Shown: positions 1-14,063 of the stretch, piece by piece
Position numbering within the stretch: the stretch's first letter is position 1
How the letters are laid out: each line of letters starts with the position of its first letter
Assembly (NCBI GenBank): GCA_001643675.2
Contig: LSRY02000008.1
Coordinates: 248,001 to 312,000 of the forward strand
Length of the DNA: 64,000 nt
Source of the DNA: Monocercomonoides exilis PA203
Taxonomy: Eukaryota; Protista; Preaxostyla
Reading direction: 5' to 3'
Notes under the pieces: model-generated
Told to the model about the DNA's origin: nothing
The model's input: only the letters and a program-made list of their open reading frames with translations
Databases searched by the model: none
Program-made: the position numbers and the translations under genes

Positions 1-1190
1 AATAGGAAATCATTTGTTTTTTCGAATTCCTCCGAAATACAAAATTTATTTTTAAAAAATGAATGAACAAGAATGAAGTATTCTCAGAATGCTTCATTAC
101 TCATATTCACCTTACGATTGATGTTGGAAAAAATCAAAATTCTTCATTCATTAGCTGCTGAGAAAAGGCTACTGTCCTGCCATTAGGAAAGTGGCAACCT
201 ATTATGAAAGTTACAATAACAATAAACTTAATTACGAACAAAATAAACAAAATAGGAAGTGGAAGTTGCTTTTTCTATTGCAAATATGTGATACAATATG
301 TTTCACTTTACTGTTTTTTATCGTGATTTTTTTAATATAAGTTTATGTTAACTTTTCAAAAAGACATTCCCATATTACAATTAATCATATTTTTAGCTTT
401 TTGGATAAAAGTTGATAATTTATGAAATACTTCGTTGAAGAGATGTTTTACATGATAAACTAATTTTTTATAGAAAAAATGAATGCTGAACATCGTGCTT
501 ATGGATTATTTTGTGAAGAAGAACATTCGCAAACAGTTCTTTTTCGAATGGATTGTTCACTTCGTAAATGTCAATCGATCTCGTTTTATCACGGGCGTTG
601 AATATTTCCATATTTTGAAGGAGAAAGGAAAGAAAAGAAATTAACCTTTTGTTGTGAATGCAGTTTCTATTCAGAAAATTGATTGAAAAATATATCATTC
701 CTCATCATCTTACGCTTTTTCCAGTCACATGTGATTATGCTGGTTTTGATGAGTTTTTTCTTTTTGCAGTTTAGATTGTTTTGATTTTTACAATTTCAGA
801 GATTGCGCCCCAATTGCTGGACATTATAAATAGAGAACTTGGAGGAAACGTTATTGAGAAAATTGAGCTGCACGGAATACACCTGGTGCGCAGTACAATC
901 CATTTTTTAAATAAATATTTTGAACTTTGAATTTGTTGTGTTTTCAATTTCAGAAAAGTTTTTGGAAAGGATTAGTTTCGGGGCAGCAAGAGCTTTATGT
1001 TGAATTGATAAGATTGAGAGTGAATTGGCCTTTTTGTTTGTCCTGCGCACAAAATTCAAAGCAAAATGCGGATAGCAAAGAAACGAGCAGCAAAGAAGCA
1101 GACACATCAAAGCAGCAACTGGATGAAGATATCCTCCTGAAGAAAATTGAGAAACTGTTTGACTATTTTTTTACTTTATCTTTTAGATTC

Positions 1191-1252
<62 letters not shown>

Positions 1253-1285
1253 CCAATATTCTTTCTATCCTTCGAGCATTTCAGG

Positions 1286-4200
1286 ATGCAGCGTTATTTG
1301 GACGTGGAGTTATTTTCGGCAGCTGTGATCAACCGGATCGTATTAGATGTGCATTCATTTAAGCCACCCCCGGAAAGAAAGAAGGAGAAAATTGGAATTT
1401 CTATTGTGATTGAGAACTTTCACGTGTGGAGAGGGAAAGAGAAAGAGAAAGGGAAAGAGAAAGAGAAAGAGAAAGAGAAGAAGGAGAAGAAGAAAGAGAA
1501 AGAGAAAGGGAAAGGGAAAGGGAAAAGGAACGAAACAAGAGAAAATCACAGAAATGAGCTGATAAAGAGCGAAAAATGGGTGACGATTGAGGCAGTAAAG
1601 GCAGATCTGGTTGTGTTTGCGAGTCATTGGCTGGTTTGTCCCTGTGATTCAGACAGAAGAGGAGGAGAAAGAGGAAGAGGAAGAGGAGGAGAAAGAGGAG
1701 AAAGAGGAGAAAGAGGAGGAAGTGATCAAGGAAGATATATTCGTTTGCCTTTGTTTTCTTTACTGCCTTCTGCTTCTGCCTCTGCTTCTTCTTCTTCTTC
1801 TTCTTCTCTTTCATTATCTTCTTCCTCTTCCTCTTCCTCTTCTTCTTCTTCTTCATTGAATTTAAGAGATATTTCAAATATTTCTCAGCCACTTCACAAA
1901 ATTCCTCATAATCCTCCAGAAAACAAGAAAGCTTCAAATAAAAAGAAGGAAAAAGAGGAAAAAGAGAAGAAGAAAGAAAATGAAAAAAGAGAAGAAGAAA
2001 GAAAAGAAAAAGAAGAAGAAGAAGAAGAAGAAGAAGAAGAAAAGAAAGAGAAGAAAGAAGAGGAGAAGAAGGGGAAAATGAGTGAATTTGCAGCTACAAA
2101 TGCGATTTCTCTTGTTTTAACGTGTTTTCATAGAGAAAATAGCAGAAATAGATTGAATGACACGAAAAAGAAGAAGAAGAAAGAGAAGAAAGAGAAGAAG
2201 GAAAGAGGAAGAGGAAGAGGAAGAGGAAGAGAAAAGAAGAAAGAAGAAGCTGATGAAGAGAAAGAAGAGAAAGAAGAGAAAGAAGAAGAAGAAAAAGAAA
2301 AAGAAACAAACGAGAAGAAAGAGAGGAAAAACAAGAAAAATAACAGAAAAGGAGAAAAGATAAATAAAGAAAATTTCTGTTTTGTGTCTCTGTCTGAACG
2401 AGGAACGCCAATTTTGAATGGAAAAGAGGAGTTTGAATTGATTCATTGTTCTTCAGTGAAAAGGGAATATCAAATAGGAGAAGAAGGAAGAGAAGAAGAA
2501 GAAGAAAGAGAAAGAAGAGAAGAGAAAGAAGAAAGGAAAGAAGAGAAAGAAGAGAGGGAAAAAGGAAGAGAGAGAAAAGAAAGAGAATTACAAGACATAT
2601 TGCAAAAGTCTATGAATTCTAATAAAAATTCTATTTTTGCATTAAATTCCTCTTCTTCTTCTTCTTCTTCTTCTTCTTCTTCATTTTCCTCTGCTTTTTC
2701 TTCTTTTTCTTCTTCTTCCACATCATCATCATCATCACCTTCTTCTTCTCCTTCATATTTTTCCTCTTTAAATTCTTCTTATTCTTCTTCTTCCTCCTCC
2801 TCCTCCTCTTCTTCCTCTTCTTCTCCCTCTTCCTCTTCTTCCTCTTCCTCTTCTTCTTTCCCTTTCTCTCTTTCTCTCTCTCTTTTCCTGTCTGAATTCA
2901 CTTTCTATTCTTCTTCTCATCATTTTCATTTCCTTCATCATTACTTCCCTTTCAGCCACACACAAAATAGTTCTTCTTCTTCCTCCTCCTCTTCCTCTTC
3001 TCTTTCTTCTTCTCTTTCTTCTTCTCTTTCTTCTTCTCTTTCTTCTTCTCCTTATCCAATTTTAACATCATCATCGTCTTCTTCTTCCTCCTCCTCTTCT
3101 CCCTCATCTTCTCCTTTTTCATCTATTTCTGCTTCTTCTTCTTCTTATCCCTCTTCTTCCTCTTCTTCTTCTCTTTCTTCTTCCTCTTCCTCTTCTCCTT
3201 CATTTTTCTCATCTTTGAATTCTTCTCTTTCTCCTTCTCTTTCTCCTTCTCCTTCGCTTTTCTCTTCCTTAAATTCCTCTTTATCATCATCATCTTCTTC
3301 TTCTTCTTCTCTTTCTTCTTCTTCTCCATTAATTTCTTCTTCCTCTTCCTCTTCTTCATCAAATTCTTCATTATCTTCCTCTTCTTCATTTAATTCTTCT
3401 TCCTCTTCTTCTTCTTCTTCTTCTCTTTCTCCATCTTCTTCTTCTTCTTCTGATGTTCTGAAGCAGAAATTGCTCGAAAGAAGAGCAAAATTCAAAAAAA
3501 AGCGGTTTTTCCCCATTTCAAAAGAGAAATTTGAGAGTTTATCAAAAGAAATAGAAGAAATGAGAGAAGAAGAAGAAGAAGAAGAGAAAGAGAAAGAGGA
3601 AGAAGAAAAGGAAGAGGAAGAGGAAGAAGAAGAAATAAATAAAGAAATTAGAAAAAAGAGGAAAAAAACGAATTTTTTGTCTTCTTCCTCTTCTTCTTCT
3701 CTTTCTTCTTCTTCATCGTCATCATCATCTTCTTCATTTAATTCTTCTTCTTCTTCTCCTTCTCTTTCTCTCTCTTTCTCTCTCTCCCATTTCGTTCTTG
3801 CTCATCATCAAGTTGTTTGTCCTTCTTCTATGAAATATCATACAAAACAAGAGAAAATAGAAAACAATGAAAATTCTTCTTCTTCTTCTCTTTCTTCTTC
3901 TCCATTTAATTCTTCTTCTCTTTCTTCAATTTCTTCTTCTTCTTCCTCTTCCTCTTCCTCCTCTTCTCTTTCTAATTCACAAATATTTTCTTCAATTTCT
4001 TCTTCTTCTTCTTTCTCTTCCTCGACTTCTTCTTCTTCTTCCTCTTCCTCTTCCTCTTCTTCTTCTCTTTCTTCTCCATTAATTTCTTCTTCTCCTCCTC
4101 CTCCTTCTCTTTCTCCTTTATCTCCCTCTTTCATTCCATTTCTTTCTCCATTCGATTCTTTCCCTCTATTTTCTTCTTCTTCTCTTTCTTCTTTTCCTTC

Positions 4201-5323
4201 TTCTCTTTCTTCTCTTTCTCTTTCTCCTTCTCCTTCTCCTTCTCCTCCTCCTTCTCTTTCTCTTTCTCTTTCTTCTTCTTCCTTTTCAAATTCTTCTTCT
4301 TCTTCTTCTCTTTCTCTTCGTCCCCTCTTCTTCTTCTCCTTCTCCAATCTTCTTCTTTCCTCAAAACTATCTGAAATCTCTTTCTCCTCCTCTTCTTCTT
4401 CTTCCTTTTCTTCTTCTTCTTCTTCTTCGCCATTTCTTTCATCTTCTTCTTCACCATCGCTACCATCACCACCATCTTCATCATCATCATCTTCTTCTTC
4501 TTCTCTTTCTTCTTCTTCTTCTTCTTCTTCTTCTTATTCCCTTTCCTTTTCCTTCCTCATCTCCTCCATTTCTGGCTGGACAAACAGAAATCTCTTTGAA
4601 AATCCGCATTTTTCAAATTTTGACCCAAAACTTCCAAAAAAGACGTTGTTTTCTTCATTTTTGAGCGATTCTTTTATTTCTTCTGAAGATTTGGATGGAG
4701 AAATGAAGAAGAAGAAGAAGGAGAAAGAGAAAGAGAAAGAGAAGGAGAAAGAGAAAGAGGAGAAGAAGAAGAATTTGAAGATAAAGGAAGAGAAGGAGAA
4801 GGAGAAAGACAAGAAAGAGAAGAAAGAGAAAAAATGGAAGGAAAATGAAGATATTTGTGATTCTTCTTCTTCTTCTTCTTCTTTTATTTCTCTCAAAACT
4901 TCCATCAACTTCTTATTTTCTAATAATAATAATAATAATCTTCTTCCTCTTCCTCCTCCTCTTTCTCAAACGCAATTTTCCCTTCAAAATTATAAAAAAC
5001 CTTCAAATTCTTCTTCTTCTTCTTCATTTTCTTCTTCTTTTTCTTCTTCTCCTTCATATTTTTCTTCTTTAAATTCTTCTTCTCCTCCTCCTTCGTTTTT
5101 CTCTTCTTTGAATTCATCATCATCTTCTTCTTCCTCCTCCTCCTCTTCCTTTTCTTCTCTTTCTTCTTCTTCTTCTTCTTCTTCTTCTTCAAAATTTAAT
5201 TTTTCTTCTTCACCTTCTCCTTCTTCTCCTTCTTCTTCTTCTCCTTCTTCTTCTAACTTGCTCAAAATGTTTCGTCATCTTCTTCTTCCTCTTTTTTCTC
5301 CATTTCTTTCTTCTTCTTCAAAT

Positions 5324-5355
<32 letters not shown>

Positions 5356-8300
5356 TTCTGAAATTTCATTAGAAAATTCATTTTTTTCTCTTCTTTCTTC
5401 TTCTCTTCCTCCTCCTTCTTCTTCTTTGAAAAATAAAAATAAAAATTCTTCTTCTTCTCTTTCTTCTTCTTCTTTATCTCCAAAGATAAAATTCACTTTA
5501 AATTCTTCTTCTTCCTCTTCTCCTTCTTCTTCTCTTTCTTCTTCTTCTCTTTCTTCTTATTCTTCTTCTCCTTCTCTTTCTTTCTTTCTTCATCTCTTCC
5601 AAATAGCAAATTCCATTTCTTCTTTTTCTTCTTCTTTGCATTTCAATTTTCCTTCTCTCAATATTCATTTGCCTGTCATCAGATCTATTTTATCTTCTCT
5701 TTCTTCTCTTTCTCCTTCTCTTTCTCCTTCTCTTTCTCCTTCTCTTCCTCCTTCTCTTCCTCTTCCTCTTCCTCCTCCTTCTCCTCCTTCTCTTTCCTTT
5801 CCTTCTTCTTCTTCTTCTTCTTCATTGGACATTTCATATTTCCTCTTTTGTATCAACTCCATCAATAATCCTCTTTCTTTTCCTCAAAATATTCTTCATT
5901 CCTTCTCTTCTTCTTCTTCTTCTTTAAATTCTTCTTTTAATTCTTCTTTTAATTCTTCTTTTAATTCTTCCATTTCTTCTATAAATTCTATTAATTCTTC
6001 TTCTTCTCTTTCTTCTTCTTCTTCCTCTTCTTCTTCTTCTTCCTCCTCCTCTTCTTCAAATTCTTCTGATAAAATTGAACCAAAAAATAAAATTAATCCT
6101 TTTTCATCTGTCAATTCTTGTGCCTCATTCCAAACAACCAATAAACATTTATCTTCTTCTTCTCCTTCTCTTTCTTCTTCCTCTTCGTCTTCTTCTTCTT
6201 CCTCCACCTCTTCCCCCTCAACTTCACTTATTTCCTTATTTCTTCCTCTGTTTCTCAATCACATCAATTCCATTTCTCCTTCTTTCTCCTTCTTCTTCAA
6301 CGACTTTTCCATCAATCTCTTTGAAAACCCATCAAATTCTTCATCTTCTTCATCTTCTTCAAATTCTATTTCTCCGAAGACAATTTCTCCGAACCCATTT
6401 ATAAATTCTCTTCTTCATCCCTCAAAATATCCATCGAGCCATCTTTTGCAGTTTGCCGGCAAAAAACCCAGCAATTTTGATCGAATTTCCCATTTTTCGT
6501 CTTCTTTGCCAATTCAAAATGAAATTGATGAACGCAAATTTTATCCTCTTTTCGCAATCAATGTGAAACCTATTTGTATTTCATCTGTTGATTCTTCATC
6601 TTCTCATTTCATTTCTTCTTCTTCTTCTTCAAATTCTTCTTCAAATTTATCTTCTTCTCTTTTTTCTCGTTTGTTTTCAACTTCTTTTGATGGAATTGAC
6701 ATTTTTGTGGGGAAACATAACATTCTATCTATTTCATCACCATCTTCTTCTTCTTCTCTTTCTTCTTCTCTTTCTTCTTCTTTTCGTTCTCCTCAACATA
6801 AAAATGGCTCAATTTTATTTGAAATGAAGAATTTCAATGAAAACAAAAATGTCCTCAAAAATTCAAAAAATTTTGAGGATTTCAAAATTTTGAATGAAAA
6901 ATCAAAATTTTCATCTTCTTCAGAGAAAGAAAGTACTTCTTTTCTGTTTGCTTCAGGTTCTGCCTCTTCTTCTTCTTCTTCTTCTTCTTCTTCTTCTTCA
7001 AATTCTTCTTCATCTTCATCTTCATCTTCAATTTCTTTAAATTCCTCCTCTTTAACAAATTCTTCTTCCTCTTCTTCTTCTTCCTCTTCTTCTCTTTCTT
7101 CTTCACTTCATTCAAAAACAGACCAATTTCATTCACAAAATCAATCTTTGTCCATTTCACCTCCTCTGATTGAATCAGAAATGATGGGCCATTCAAAAAT
7201 ATCATCATCATCTTCTTCTTCCTCTTCTTCTTCTTTTCCTCTTCCTATTCATCCTTCTCTTCCTCTTCCTCCTCCTTCTCTTTCTCTCTCTTCTTCTCTT
7301 TCCTTCATCTTCCCTCAAATGTCTCTCTTTCTCTCTCTTCCCACCGACATCTTCCATTCTTTTGTCAGTTATCTCGTTGATTGGCTTTCGATTTTCTCCG
7401 TTTCTCCGATTTCTCCGAATATTTCTCATTTTCCGGCAGAAACAAATAAAAATGGGGCAAAAAAAGAAGAAATAGAAGATATTTTGGGAAACAGAGAAAA
7501 AAAGGAAAAAAATCAAAAATATCAAAAACAACAGAAAGAACAGAAGAAACATGAGAAACAGAAGAAGATAAGGTTTAATGTGGATGTTGAGGTTCCATTT
7601 GAAGATGTTTCGTTGGATTTGATGTTTCCTGCTATGCCAATGATTGAGAAATATTCTGATTCAAATGAATTCTTATCTAATTCTTCTGCTTCTTCTTCTT
7701 CTTCTTTAAATTCTTCTTCTTCCACAATTTCTTCTTCTGATTCTATTTCTTCAGATTCCAATTCGTCTTCAATTCCATCATCATCTTCTTTCTCATCATC
7801 GTCATCATCATCTTCTTCTTCTCTTTCTTCTTCTTCTTCTTCTGATATTTTGACTCTCTTTTCTTTGAAAGGAGAGGATTTTCATCTTCAAATGAAGTTT
7901 TCGAATGGCTTTTCTGATGAATTGGATTCAAATCATCTTTCAAATTCTTCTTCCTCTTCTTCCTCAAATTTCTCAAATTCCACCTCTTCTTCTTCTTCTC
8001 CATTAAATTCATCATCATCTTCATTTTCATCATCTTCTTCTTCTCCTTCTCCTATTTTTGCTCTTCAGCTTCTTTCTTCTTCTGTTTCACTATCCACAAC
8101 AATTCCAAAAACATCACCAAAAGGCAAAACAACTGAGAATTCTTCGGAAAAATTCGAATCGAAAGAAGAAGGAGAAGAAGAAAGAAATATTGAAGAAGAA
8201 AAATGTTCGGAGAAATTTGAAACCCATAATTGGATTATTTCGGAGGCAAATGCGGAAAATACTCCGTTCCGGATGGTTTTGCGAACTCCCTCTATCCATT

Positions 8301-10135
8301 CGCAAAGGGAAAAAGCAGAAAATATTCTTTTTGGGATTTTTGATCAAAATAATCGCAAAACAGAAGGAAAAAATGAAATTGGAAAAAGAAAGCCGAAACC
8401 CAATATGAAAAAAAAGCAAACGTTTTTTATTTCTGAAAAAGGCAAAACAGAAAATCAACAAGAAAAACTTGAAAAGCCAGAAAAATCTCTCAAATTGCCT
8501 CAAAACTCAGTTTCTTCTTCTTCGTCTTCTCTTCTTCTTTCTTTCTCTCATCTGACAATAATTCCTGCTTTTCACCACATCCAGCCACTTGCGGAATATT
8601 TATTGCCTTTTCCCTTTTCGCTCCCACAAATCTTGTTGGATGCTGATGTTACACTGAAAAATGTGAATATTTTGAAAGAAATGCAAAATTCGTGTCAAAA
8701 TGAAGTGAAAGAAGAAATTGATTTAATAAATAGCCTATTAATTCATCTTCCTCTTTCTTCTTCTCTTTCTTCTCTTTCTTCTCTTTCTTCTCTTTCTTCT
8801 CTTTCTTCTCTTTCTTCTCTTTCTTCTTCTTCTTCTTCTCTCCATTTTTCTTTACCCACAATTAATCATATGCCATTTTCTGTAAATATTCCCTCCGCCG
8901 CCCTTTTTCATCGTTCCCTTTTGCCGGAAACACATCGGACAGCATTTGAAGGAGAAATATCATGTTCAATGAGAAGTGAAGAGGAAGAAGAAGAAGAAAG
9001 AGAAGATGATAATGAAGAAGAAGAAGAATTAATTGAAGAGGAAGAGGAAGAGGAAGAGGAAGAGGAGGAAGAGAAAGATAGAAGAAATTCTAAAGAAAAG
9101 GGGAAAATGGAAGAAGCAGAAACAAGTGAAGAAAGAAAAGATGACAACAAAGATAAGAACAATGATGAAAGAGAAAGAAATGGAGTGTTTGAGACTGTGA
9201 TTGCGGAGAAGCATACCAATGCAGATATTGAGGGGAAGAAGGAGAAGGAGAAGGAGAAGGTGAAGGTGAAGAGGGAGAAGGGGAATATTGGTCGTATTTC
9301 GTCGATTTCTTCTTCTTCTTCTTCTTCTTCTTCTTCTTCTTCTTCTTCTTCTTCTTCTTCTTCTTCCTCTTCCTCTTCCTCTTCCTCTCTTTTCCTTTCT
9401 TCCTCCCACAAAAACAGCCTATTTGATGCGTCTTTCCGCATTTTCGGTGATTTTGCTGTTGTCAATAGAAAACCGTTCTTTTTCAATGGAGAAATCGGTT
9501 TTCTTCCAAATTTGTATTTTGATAGCTATGGAATGAATTCAGGGGAGAAAAAGAATTTATTGTATTCTTCTTCTTCTTCTTCTTCTTCTTCTTCTTCTTC
9601 TTCTTCTTCTTCTTCTTCTTCTCTTTCTTCTTCTCTTTCTTCTTCTTCTTCTTCTTCTTCTTCTTCTTCTTCTCCTCTTCCTTCTCCTTTCCCTCTTCTC
9701 CCTCTCCCTCTCCCTCTCCCTCTCCCTCTCTGTTGCATCACTCTTTCTCATTCACATCTGATGAACATCATCAAAACAATCAAAAGTGACATTTTTTCTC
9801 TTTCAAACATTGCTTTTTCAAAGGAGAAGAACAAAATGAATTCTTCTTTGAATTCTTCTTCCTCCTCTTCCTCTTCCTCTTCCTCTTCTTTCCCCTCCTC
9901 TTCTTCTTCTCAATTAACTTCTTCTTCTTCTTCTTCTTCTCAAAACTCATCTCACAAAAGCTCAAAGCTACCAACTGTTTCTCAGCTGCTTTCTCCAAAG
10001 AATTCTTCTTCTTCTTCTTTATCTTCTTCTTTATCTTCTTCTTTATCATCATCTTCTTCTCCTTCTCCTTCTCTTTCTTTTCCTTCTTCTCTTTCTCCTT
10101 CTTCTTCTCTTTCTCTTTCTTCTTCTTCTTTAAAT

Positions 10136-10167
<32 letters not shown>

Positions 10168-10291
10168 TTCATTCAATCGATTCACAAAAAGAGAGAAGAA
10201 TATCAAAGCAGCTGGGTTTTGTGTGAAAGAAGAGAAAATTGAAGAGTGGGAAAGAAGATGTGGAAGAAAGGGAATTCAAAAAGAAGGAGAA

Positions 10292-10322
<31 letters not shown>

Positions 10323-10432
10323 AAGGAGAAAGAGGAGAAGGAGAAAGAGAAGGAGAAGGAGAAGAATACAGAGATGATGAGTTGGACGATGTTTGCCCAT
10401 TGTTTTTTTCACAACTTAGCTCTGAAAGATAA
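1286..10432 (+). CDS. Giant low-complexity (poly-Ser, Glu/Lys-rich) ORF, probably the main exon of a multi-exon gene; upstream exons (~800-885, ~953-1156) give a possible chorein-N-like (ATG2/VPS13 class) start
   Basis: 9.1-kb uninterrupted frame despite hundreds of triplet runs. Putative upstream exons follow tttcag acceptors and read EIAPQLLDIINRELGGNVIEKIELHGIHL / KSFWKGLVSGQQELYVELIRLRVNW. A possible donor (GAT|gtttgc ~10391) means the 3' end may be spliced. The family assignment is tentative. Confidence 0.6.
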
Positions 10433-11174
10433 AACTTTTCATTTTATTATCATTTTATTGTTGTTCATTTTATTCATTTGAATGCAAGTTTTTTTTTTCC
10501 CCAGAATTCCTTTTTTTTAATGTTTTCTTTGAGAAGTAGAATGATTAATGGGGGAAAATAAAAAATAAAAAAACATAATAAATAAAATATAATAAAAAGC
10601 AAAAATGTTGAAATGATTTGTTATTTGAGATGAACAAGGAAGCAATTATAACTTTCTTTCTTTTCCTTTTCCTTTCTTCTCTTCTCTTCTCTTCTCTTCT
10701 CTTCTCTTTTCTTTTCTTTTTTCTTTTCTTTTTTCTTTTTTCTTTTTTCTTTTTTCTTTTTTCTTTTTTCTTTTTTCTTTTTTCTTTTTTGATAAATTGC
10801 TTAATAAGCAAAGAAGAATTCGTTTTTATCTTTCTCCCTGAAAACGATAAAGCTGAGTAAACCAATAAGAAATTTGAAAGCCAATTTTTTTCTGAATAAT
10901 AACACTTTTGTCTTATAAAAGAAAGCAAATTTGCTTCTTTTCTGAATAAAGGATTGAAAAATTATCAAATGAGATGGGGAGAAAAAAAAGAAATTTCCAT
11001 AAAATTACAGATTTTGATAAAGAAGTCTTTAAAAAAACAGCAAAAAACGACGATTCAAAAATGAAACGAATCGTGTATAATTCCAAAATGAGAAAGCCAT
11101 CTCTTTTACAAATACACAAATTTTGTTTTAATTGAAGATAAATACTCTGAGAAAAGTTATTGCATTAATGAAAT

Positions 11175-11899
11175 TTATTTAACTTTCCATTCTTTCTTTA
11201 ACTTTTTGGCGAAACTTTTGTAGTCATCAGCATCATTGCGTCCGTCATATTCCATCTTTTTGTCATTATAAAAGCTTTTTAAAAAATATTTCGTTGAAAA
11301 AATTAATAACAAAAATAAGATACAAAAATAAAAAAATAAAATAAATATGCAAACAAAATTATTGTTGGAACTTTTCGTATGTTGTATCTTGGACATAACG
11401 CAGTGTCTGTTTTTAGGAGGGGAAAAAAAGATTATAATTACAAAAATGATAAATGATTATATTCCTTCAAACATATTTGTTGCGGGCAATCAACTTCTCC
11501 AATATGAATTGTATTATCATTTAACACTTCTTGGGCAAATTCCAAAAAACGAGGATGAACCGATTTGCACAGTCCACACAATGGGTTTGAACTGAAAATA
11601 TTGAAAGATAATAAAAGAGAAAAATAAAATTGAGCACACAAATAAACCATCCAAAATTCATTGGATTTCTGAATCTGTTCGAGTCGAGATTCATCCAACA
11701 TCTCAACAGAAAAATCTTGCTTGTTATCCTCATGAAGTTCATTTTCTTTATCAATGGAAATACTTTCTCTTTCTTGTCCTTCAAAGGTGAAATTTTCCTC
11801 ATTCGCTTCTCTATCATCTTGAAATCTCATCTCTTTCAGTGTTGTACTGTCCTCATTTTGGGCAAAAAACAACGAAAAGACAACAAGCAAAAATATCAT
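11175..11899 (-). CDS. Secreted single-domain thioredoxin/PDI-like protein, 4 exons, CGLC active site
   Basis: Signal peptide MIFLLVVFSLFFA. Removing three GT-AG introns (first 11639-11592) gives EFWMVYFSNPLCGLCK...IGEVDCPQQIYTALCPRYNIRKVPTIIFFYNDKKMEYDGRNDADDYKSF, matching the PDI a-domain pattern. Confidence 0.8.
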
Positions 11900-13594
11900 A
11901 AATCCTTCACAAATGGGAAAAGCCGTTCATTTTTCAGGAAAGTTAATCTTCAATTATAATGTCGATCAAAAAATCAAACCACTGATAAAATTATGCTTGT
12001 TTTTGTCAAAAACAAGAAATCTTTCTGTGTATGATCAACAGCCATAATAATCAATTAATTTCTTCAAAAAAAGAAAATGGAAAAAGATTAAAAATTAAAA
12101 ATGAAACAGGAAAAGAGGAAAAAGAAAAGGAAACAAATTATTCTTCAAAGAAACATCATCATTCGCCTCCGTTCGAAAATTGAGATCAACGACTCCAATA
12201 AAAAGTGTTTGGTATAACAATAAAGCTGATAATGCCGAGTACAAAAGATGGTTTCCCTCATAACAACATTCAAAATCGTGTCAAATAATGGAACAAACAC
12301 AAATCTCTGCGGAATCACACAACTCAGTCCATGTTAAACAATTGAATTTGCCGTTGTTCGCATAACAGATTTCCAAGACACCTCTCTCACTCTCCTCACC
12401 TCAACATTTGTTCCTTCTCAAACACTCACCTTCAGCGCTGTTGATACAAAAATCACTGGAAATGGTACAACTGCCATCACCAATACCTCCAAAGGCATTC
12501 CTCAACCAAACTCGCAAACACAATCACAATCAACTCATCACTTTCCTCATCATCACTTTCTTATTCTAAGCCATTTCACTCCGTTCTGTTTCTTGACAGA
12601 AAGATGGCAACAACCGCAACCAACCCACAGATAACAACGTCTTCCAATGAAAACGATTTTCACTCCTTCAAAGTATCATTCACAAATGCAGCTGGCAAAA
12701 ACCGCTTGCTCCCAGGCTTCGTGTCCAGCTATGTAGCAAGCAATTGAAGCAGATCTGCCAGCTTTGCTGAAGATGAAGTGGTGGTCCACAAATTATCAAT
12801 ATGAGTGAATGACAACCCTGTGTTTGTGGCTGAATTAAAAAGCAAAGATATTCTTTTTCTTTCTTTTTTTTTGTCTCTTCTTCTTCTTCTTCCAATCCAC
12901 ATTCAAAGAATCTTTTCAAAGCCTTTTTCAAAGATGCATTCAGCTGATCCTCTTCCAACCAAAAAGATATTCAAAAGATTCCGAATGTTCCATCCGTTTA
13001 TCTTTTTTTTAATAGAAATTCCTTCTATTCAACTCAAATCTCTTCATTTCCTAAAAAATTCACAACTTCTTTTGAATGGATAATTCTCTAAAATCTGATC
13101 AAAGGACACTTCTCAAGCCGCATATACATTTTCTATGTGTTTCAAAATGAATAATTTTATGTTTAACAATTTCAGTAGAGTTAATTTTTTAAAATATCAG
13201 AATCTTCAGATTTTATGATTTTTCATTTTTCTGCTTTCAATTTTTTTAAAATTTCGAATTAAATATTTTCAAGCAACTTGAAATACATTTCATTCGAGAA
13301 ATATATTTTGTTGATTATGTGTTGTCTGTTCATTATTATTTATTTTTCAAGGAGAGACAATGAAATAACTCTTCAAGAAAAGATTTCTTTAAATGCACAG
13401 TTTCATTTGAAACCTTTTTGATAAAAAGAATAACGCTTCTCTCTCTTCTTTTCTCATTCCTCAAATTATGTTTCTGATTGCTTTTTTTGACTTTTTTTTG
13501 AAGCTTTAATATTTTTTTTCAATATTGAAAAACAGTTGGAATTCAAAGTTTGAATTTCGAACACATCGAGTGATGAATAAAAGCACACATATCG

Positions 13595-13654
<60 letters not shown>

Positions 13655-14063
13655 AAAAAGCAATATCATGAATGGAAATGTTTTCATATCTTTTGAAATA
13701 TATTTTTAGAAGATTTTTTCAGACAAATAGAAATAACAGGTTTTGAAAGACAGCAAACTTTTAATCATCATGAAGTGATGTCTTTTGTTTGTCATCAAAG
13801 CAAAAACGTTGGAAAATGCTGAAGTGTGTCTCAAATCAACAAGCAATAAAATCAGCAAACAAATACAAATTGAATGCAGAGATACAAAAATGAAAAATAT
13901 CAAGCAATAAAATATCTTTAATTATTATTCTGAAAAAATGAAAAGTTGCACCAAAAAATAAGAAGAAATCAAAAAACATTGACATGACGTTCATTTCAAT
14001 CGTTGCATGGTATTTGTTCAGCCATCCACACAGCAGCCGAACAATCAAAGCAATCACTCAAAC

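Noticed and set aside
1355-10481. Dozens of short poly-K/E/L/F ORFs overlapping the giant ORF, and similar ones at 17190-17565, 31344-31987 and 55331-56184
   Set aside because: Triplet microsatellites lack stop codons in most frames.
13576-13651. AATAAA followed by a ~57-nt poly(A) as a retrocopy tail
   Set aside because: I found no TSD or recognisable upstream element, and long homopolymers occur elsewhere (e.g. ~1223-1252).
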